From contig OZ245006.1 in assembly GCA_965223545.1 (NCBI GenBank), positions 1,856,001 to 1,920,000 on the forward strand: a DNA stretch of 64,000 bases. The letters are read 5' to 3'. Of this stretch, positions 59,062-64,000 are shown in pieces; within the stretch, counting starts at the first letter, position 1, and each line of letters opens with the position of its first letter. Origin of the DNA: Planctomycetota bacterium. GTDB lineage: Bacteria > Planctomycetota > UBA1135 > UBA2386. The position numbers were made by a program, and so were the translations under genes. A model generated the notes under the pieces. The model had not been told where the DNA came from. It worked only from the letters and a program-made list of their open reading frames with translations, and did not search any database.

Positions 59062-61863
59062 GTGACGGTCCCCGACGCTTCCGACACGAATCCGCGCTTC
59101 GACCCCGTCCCCGCCAGGGTGGGTCGGTATCGAGTCGAGCAGGAGATCGCGCGCGGCGCCACCGGCGTGGTGTACGCCGCCGTCGATCCGGACAGCGGCA
59201 AACGCGTCGCGATCAAGCTCCTCTCCACCCCGGCCGACCGCGAGCGCGAGCGCCGCGTCCGGCTCGAAGCGCGCGCGATGGCGCGGCTGCGCCACTCCCA
59301 CATCGTCTCGGTGGTCGAGTTCGGCACCGACGGCGAGCGCTCCTTCTTGGTCATGGAGCTGGTCGAGGGCGAGTCGCTGCAGGATGCGATCCAACGGCGC
59401 GGACCGCTGCCCGTGTCCGAGGTCATCCGCATCGGCATCGCGCTGGCCCGTGCCATCGCGCACGCGCACCGCGCCGGCGTGCTGCACCGCGACATCAAGC
59501 CGGAGAACGTGCTTCTCGACGGCAACGGCGTTGCCCGCATCGCCGACTTCGGCTTGGCGAAGTTGACCGGCGCCGCGAGCCCGAGCCTGATCGGCTCGGC
59601 CCACCCCGGCACCATCGACGGTCAGCTGCTCGGCACGCCGCCCTACATGTCGCCCGAGCAGGTCGATGGTGACACGGCCGAGTACGACGAGCGTTCCGAC
59701 GTCTACGGGCTGGGCGCGACGCTGTACGCGATGATGACCGGCGGGCCGCCGTTCGCCTCGGTCGAGACGTTGATCCAGCTCTTGAACGCGATCGCGCGAC
59801 ACCCGCCGGCGGACCCTTCCTCGCTGCGGGGAGACCTGCCGCGCTCCCTGGTACAGGTCGTGATGCGCTGTCTCGAGAAGGACAAGAAGGCGCGCTTCCG
59901 CTCGGCGGACGAGCTCGCCCAGGCGCTCGAGCGCTCTGACCCCGACCGTGCGCACGCCCGTGCGGGCCGCGCCACGGCGCGCCGCGGCCTGGCGTGGGCG
60001 GGACTGCTATTGATCTGCTGCGCCAGTCTCGCCTGGGGTGTCGCCGCTTGGGGTAGGGGACCCGCGGAGCCAACCCCCGAACGGACCGGCGACGGCTCCG
60101 CCTGGCGCACCACTGTCGGTCTCGGCGACGTCAAGGCGCGCGCATGGCGGGGTTCCGAGGTGCTGGTTCGGGGGCAGGACGACACCGGCTTCCGCTGGGC
60201 CGCGGTCGACCCGGAGACCGGTGCGCACCGGCCGCTGCCGGCGTTGCGCGACTGGCAGACTCCGGCGCACGATCCGGCGACGGGGCAGCTCACCGGTGCC
60301 GGACAGGACCACCGCGTCGTGCTGCTCGGCGAGACCGTGCGCGATCTCGGCGCAGCGGACACCGCCCACTCGTTCGGCTTCGCGGCAAACCAGACCATCG
60401 TCGGCCAGGCCGACGGGAGCTTGTTCGCCCTCGTGCCGGACCGCGATGCGCCCGTTTGGCAACACCGCTTGGTCGGTCGGGTAGAGACCCGGCCGCTGCC
60501 GCTCGACCTCGACGGCGATGAGCAGACCGAGCACGTACTCGCCGGCAGCTGCGCGGGAGAGCTCCTGCTGGTCCGCTGCGGTGACGGCGCCGTGATCGGA
60601 AGGGAGCAAGCGGGCGGACCACTGCAAGAGCACGCGTTCCAGCTCTTCGGACGCGCGGCCGACGGCGCGCAGCGTGTCCTGGTCAGCTCGCCCAACGGCA
60701 CCCTGCTCGTGCTGCGGACCACGCGCGAAGGCTTGGTGCAGGAGTCGACGCGGCGCTATGGATCACCGTTCTTCACCGCCGCGCAAGTTGTGGGTGGGCC
60801 CGACGGCGGGCCCGCCCAGGTCGTCGTCGCGACCGCTCTCGGCATCACCTCGTTTGGCCAAGACCTCAGCGTCGCCTGGGTCACGGGCTCCTTCGAAGCG
60901 GCCTCTCCCCGCGGCGAGATCGCCCTGGTTGACCTCGATGGCGACCGCCAGCGCGAGATCGCCGTCGCCATGCGCCAGCGCGCACCGCATCCCGCGACGA
61001 CCATCGTCGTCTACGACGCACGCGGCCGGCGCCGGCACACGCTGCCGATGGGCGACCGCGACGTGGTCCTCCTGGGCGGGCCGGCGCCTCGTATCATCGG
61101 GCACGACCGGCGCGAGGTCGCCGCGTGGGGCCCGTTCGCCCAGCTGTCGGCGGCTCCCGCGCCAGCCACCGACGACCTGATCGCGAACGTGATCGGTGGA
61201 GCCTACGCGCGCGCGCAGACGCTGGCACAGCAGCTAGCGGCGGACGATGAGGCTCGGCTGTGGGACGCCATCGCCGCGTGGTACCGCGGCCACACCGAAC
61301 CGTTGGCGACGCTTTCCGCGGGCCGCGAGCGAGAGCTCGGCCAGCAGCTCGCCGAGACCCTGGCGGAGTACCCGCTGACCTATGCGCAATCCGTCGTCCT
61401 GGCGAGCCTCCCCTTCTTGGCCCCGCTGGCGCCATACCCCGAGCCAGTCGCGATCCCCTCGACCCAACCGAGCCAGAACGTGGTGCGCGGCGTCGATCTC
61501 ACGGTCACGCCCTACGCAGTCTCTGGCGTGCAAGTGACGACCTGCAACGATCGCGGCGGCGGGCTCTTCGACGCCCACGGCTGGCTCGAGATGGAGCTCT
61601 TCCTCGACGCACCGGCACGGTTCACGCTCGCGTTCCACCACCAGTCTTGGGAAGACCACAACCTCGCGTGGTCCGAGGTCCGGGTTCTGTTGAACGGCGA
61701 GCCCGCCGTGCCGCAGTGGTGCGCAACGGAGCGCGGCACCTTCGATCGAATCCCGCTCGGCCGACTCGACGCGGGATCACACCGGATCCGGCTGATGTCG
61801 ACCCAGCGTTCGCTGACGGTGTGGCGGCTGTACTACGCGTTCCTCGAACAAGACGACGGATGA
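59062..61863 (+). CDS. Ser/Thr kinase with TM and FG-GAP/PQQ-like propeller
   Basis: ARGATGVVY, HRDIKPEN, DFG, YMSPEQ; DLDGD repeats; C-terminal beta-sandwich. Confidence 0.9.
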   Translation: MTVPDASDTNPRFDPVPARVGRYRVEQEIARGATGVVYAAVDPDSGKRVAIKLLSTPADRERERRVRLEARAMARLRHSHIVSVVEFGTDGERSFLVMELVEGESLQDAIQRRGPLPVSEVIRIGIALARAIAHAHRAGVLHRDIKPENVLLDGNGVARIADFGLAKLTGAASPSLIGSAHPGTIDGQLLGTPPYMSPEQVDGDTAEYDERSDVYGLGATLYAMMTGGPPFASVETLIQLLNAIARHPPADPSSLRGDLPRSLVQVVMRCLEKDKKARFRSADELAQALERSDPDRAHARAGRATARRGLAWAGLLLICCASLAWGVAAWGRGPAEPTPERTGDGSAWRTTVGLGDVKARAWRGSEVLVRGQDDTGFRWAAVDPETGAHRPLPALRDWQTPAHDPATGQLTGAGQDHRVVLLGETVRDLGAADTAHSFGFAANQTIVGQADGSLFALVPDRDAPVWQHRLVGRVETRPLPLDLDGDEQTEHVLAGSCAGELLLVRCGDGAVIGREQAGGPLQEHAFQLFGRAADGAQRVLVSSPNGTLLVLRTTREGLVQESTRRYGSPFFTAAQVVGGPDGGPAQVVVATALGITSFGQDLSVAWVTGSFEAASPRGEIALVDLDGDRQREIAVAMRQRAPHPATTIVVYDARGRRRHTLPMGDRDVVLLGGPAPRIIGHDRREVAAWGPFAQLSAAPAPATDDLIANVIGGAYARAQTLAQQLAADDEARLWDAIAAWYRGHTEPLATLSAGRERELGQQLAETLAEYPLTYAQSVVLASLPFLAPLAPYPEPVAIPSTQPSQNVVRGVDLTVTPYAVSGVQVTTCNDRGGGLFDAHGWLEMELFLDAPARFTLAFHHQSWEDHNLAWSEVRVLLNGEPAVPQWCATERGTFDRIPLGRLDAGSHRIRLMSTQRSLTVWRLYYAFLEQDDG

Positions 61864-61940
61864 GGACTGCGATGAATTCTCGCGTTACGCGACATCCTCG
61901 CGCGTAGGCCATCGAACCGGCCAACGCGCCGCCAGCGCGC

Positions 61941-61968
61941 TTGCACCATCGGTCGATCCCCCTAATCT
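61941..61968 (+). promoter_or_regulatory. Possible sigma70-type promoter
   Basis: TTGCAC, 16 nt, TAATCT. Confidence 0.35.
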
Positions 61969-62045
61969 GCGACATCATGGGCAAGCCAGCGCGCGAGTCC
62001 CTCTTCTGCCCCAACGGCTGCAGAGTTCCCGTCAAAACATGGCGG

Positions 62046-62405
62046 ATGCGTTCCCCGACAGCGTTGGCCTTCACAGCCGTCTTCCTCGGCTGCCAGCACT
62101 CGAACCAGCCCGTGTCCACCCCACAAACCCCGTTCGTCCTCACCGTCGAGGCGTTATCGCGGGGCAAGGGCGTGCCCGAGGCGGCGCGCGAAGCATTCGG
62201 AGAATGCCGCGCGCTGGTCGAGTCCGCCGTCGCCGAGGGGGCGGGGATCGACGTCTCCCAAAACACCATCGGCCTCGAAGGCGAGGTCCAGCTGCGACTG
62301 GAGTTCGCCGACCACAAGGTCGGGCAAGCGCTGGCCGAGCGGCTGCGCGCCGTCGTCGAGGGGGTCGAGCTGATCAACGTCGCCCAGGTGCCCCCCGGCT
62401 CCTGA
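62046..62405 (+). CDS. Small lipoprotein
   Basis: Lipobox FLGC after hydrophobic stretch. Confidence 0.65.
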   Translation: MRSPTALAFTAVFLGCQHSNQPVSTPQTPFVLTVEALSRGKGVPEAAREAFGECRALVESAVAEGAGIDVSQNTIGLEGEVQLRLEFADHKVGQALAERLRAVVEGVELINVAQVPPGS

Positions 62406-62484
62406 GGCTCTCCTGCCGAGGGCGTGGGCTGTCTCCGCGCCCGGCTTTCTCCGACAGCCCCGAAGAGAACGCGCGAGGTCGCCC

Positions 62485-63783
62485 GTGAAGTCCCCCACGC
62501 TCCCCTTTCTCACTCTCTGCTGCGCCGCCTTGATCGGCTGTGGCGGTATCCCCCGCGTCACCCCGGAACCGACCGAGGCCCAGGGCCCGAGCCAATCGCC
62601 GGACCAAGGCCTCGAGATGCTCGAGCAGAACGCCCGCAACGCGCGGTCGCGGTTCGCCAACATGACGTTCGAGCAGTTCGCGGCCACCGTGTTCCGCGAG
62701 CCGGAAGAGATCGGCGGCAAGTACCTCGTCAACGGCGACACGCCGATCCTCAACGAGAAGCAGCTGCGCGAGTTCTTCGAGCGCGAGGTGCAGCAGGAAC
62801 CGCCGACGCGCGGCATGCAGGACGTGCGCGCCCTGACGCTGGCCACGCACGGCGGCCAGGACGACATCTGGCCCGACACCGTGCAGCACAGCTTGACCTA
62901 CTGCGTCAGCACCGAGTTCGGCGCGCGCTACAACCAGGTCGTGCAGGCCATGCAGGATGCCGCCGCCGCGTGGGAAGCCGCCGCCGACATCGACTTCATC
63001 CACAGCGCCTCCGAGGACGGCAACTGCACGGCGGGCAACGCCGCGATCGTGTTCGACGTGCGGCCGGTCGACGTCAACGGCAACTACCTGGCGCGCGCGT
63101 TCTTCCCCAACGAGCCGCGCGCGGCCCGCAACGTGCTGATCGACGAGTCGGCCTTCAACCTGAACCCGAACGGCAACCTCACTCTGCTGGGCATCCTGCG
63201 GCACGAGCTCGGCCACGCGCTGGGCTTCCGCCACGAGCACACCCGGCCCGAGGCCGGCCGCTGCTTCGAGGACAACAACTGGCGGCCGGTCACCGACTAC
63301 GACCCGTTCTCGGTGATGCACTACCCGCAGTGCAACGGCGAGGGCGACTGGTCGCTGACGCTGACCGACCTGGACCGCGCCGGCGTGGCGTGCGTCTACG
63401 GGCCGGCCGAGGGCTTTGCGCCCGCTCCGGGCATTCAGCTCAACGGCTGCCGCGAAGTCGTGGGTGCGGCGTGCGCACCGCGCACGCAGACCTTCTCCGG
63501 CAGCGTCGGCCAAGGTGAGGAGCGCATCCACGGGCCCTTCGCCGTGACGCCGGGGACCACGTTCGAAGCGCACATGGTCGGCAGCGGCGACCCCGATCTG
63601 TACGTCCGCTTCGACCAGGCGCCGACGACGTCGTTCTTCGACTGCCGGCCCTATCTGGACGGCGCCACCGAGAGCTGCGACCTCAACGTGCCATCCCCCG
63701 AGACCCAGGCGTTCGTCATGGTGCGCGGCTTCCGCGCCGGCACCTACTCGCTGGTGGTCTCGCACACCGGCGCGACGCCGTGA
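62485..63783 (+). CDS. Metzincin (M57/matrixin-like) lipoprotein protease with PPC domain
   Basis: Lipobox LIGC; HELGHALGFRHEH; Met-turn SVMHY; GSGDPDLYVRF..FDCRPY. Confidence 0.9.
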   Translation: MKSPTLPFLTLCCAALIGCGGIPRVTPEPTEAQGPSQSPDQGLEMLEQNARNARSRFANMTFEQFAATVFREPEEIGGKYLVNGDTPILNEKQLREFFEREVQQEPPTRGMQDVRALTLATHGGQDDIWPDTVQHSLTYCVSTEFGARYNQVVQAMQDAAAAWEAAADIDFIHSASEDGNCTAGNAAIVFDVRPVDVNGNYLARAFFPNEPRAARNVLIDESAFNLNPNGNLTLLGILRHELGHALGFRHEHTRPEAGRCFEDNNWRPVTDYDPFSVMHYPQCNGEGDWSLTLTDLDRAGVACVYGPAEGFAPAPGIQLNGCREVVGAACAPRTQTFSGSVGQGEERIHGPFAVTPGTTFEAHMVGSGDPDLYVRFDQAPTTSFFDCRPYLDGATESCDLNVPSPETQAFVMVRGFRAGTYSLVVSHTGATP

Positions 63784-63802
63784 GCGGCACGCCTTGCCGG
63801 CG

Positions 63803-64000
63803 ATGAGCGCGCGCAGCGGGCGCTACGAGTGGAGCGCCGCGGCGGACGACGCCGGCGGCGCGGGCTGGCCCTGGGCCCGGGCCACGCTCCGGCTCGACGT
63901 CGACGGCGACGCGCCACAGCAGGTGGCCAGCGGCACGCTGACCGCCGGCGTGCACACCGCGGTGGACTGGATCGCGACGCTCGCCGGCGACAGTGACGGC
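63803..64000 (+). CDS. Hypothetical protein (3'-partial)
   Basis: ATG 19 nt after protease stop; frame open to the window end (..ATLRLDVDGDAPQQVASG..). Confidence 0.55.
   Translation, partial: MSARSGRYEWSAAADDAGGAGWPWARATLRLDVDGDAPQQVASGTLTAGVHTAVDWIATLAGDSDG

Noticed and set aside
61883..61889. Extra CGTTACG copies here and at 27795-27801
   Set aside because: One is inside a CDS; this one points antisense and is part of a TCGCG-TTA-CGCGA hairpin, so both were excluded from the ECF motif set

Overview
High-GC bacterial chromosomal window with about 50 CDS and no rRNA, tRNA, CRISPR or transposase seen. Gene content (five ECF sigma factors, five Hanks-type Ser/Thr kinases, many secreted repeat proteins) suggests Planctomycetota; this is inference. 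Housekeeping core: radC-like, maeB, a PPIase, and ygfZ divergent from a complete Rrf2-iscS-iscU-iscA-hscB-hscA-fdx operon. Strongest hidden signal: two ORF-track entries (ending 18883 and starting 18953) are one gene joined by an in-frame UGA in the motif FGSYT-U-PPF, followed by a bacterial SECIS-like hairpin. This gives a secreted EF-hand / iodothyronine-deiodinase-like selenoprotein. Other signals: a C-terminal domain shared by six unrelated secreted proteins, a CGTAACG motif upstream of five genes in an ECF/kinase island (43.3-52.4 kb), a halogenase plus MBOAT-SGNH locus, a single-ring ClpC-like ATPase, permuted LamG inserts and a collapsed HAF-repeat pseudogene. Start codons were re-picked by eye; all family calls come from motif recognition, not database searches.
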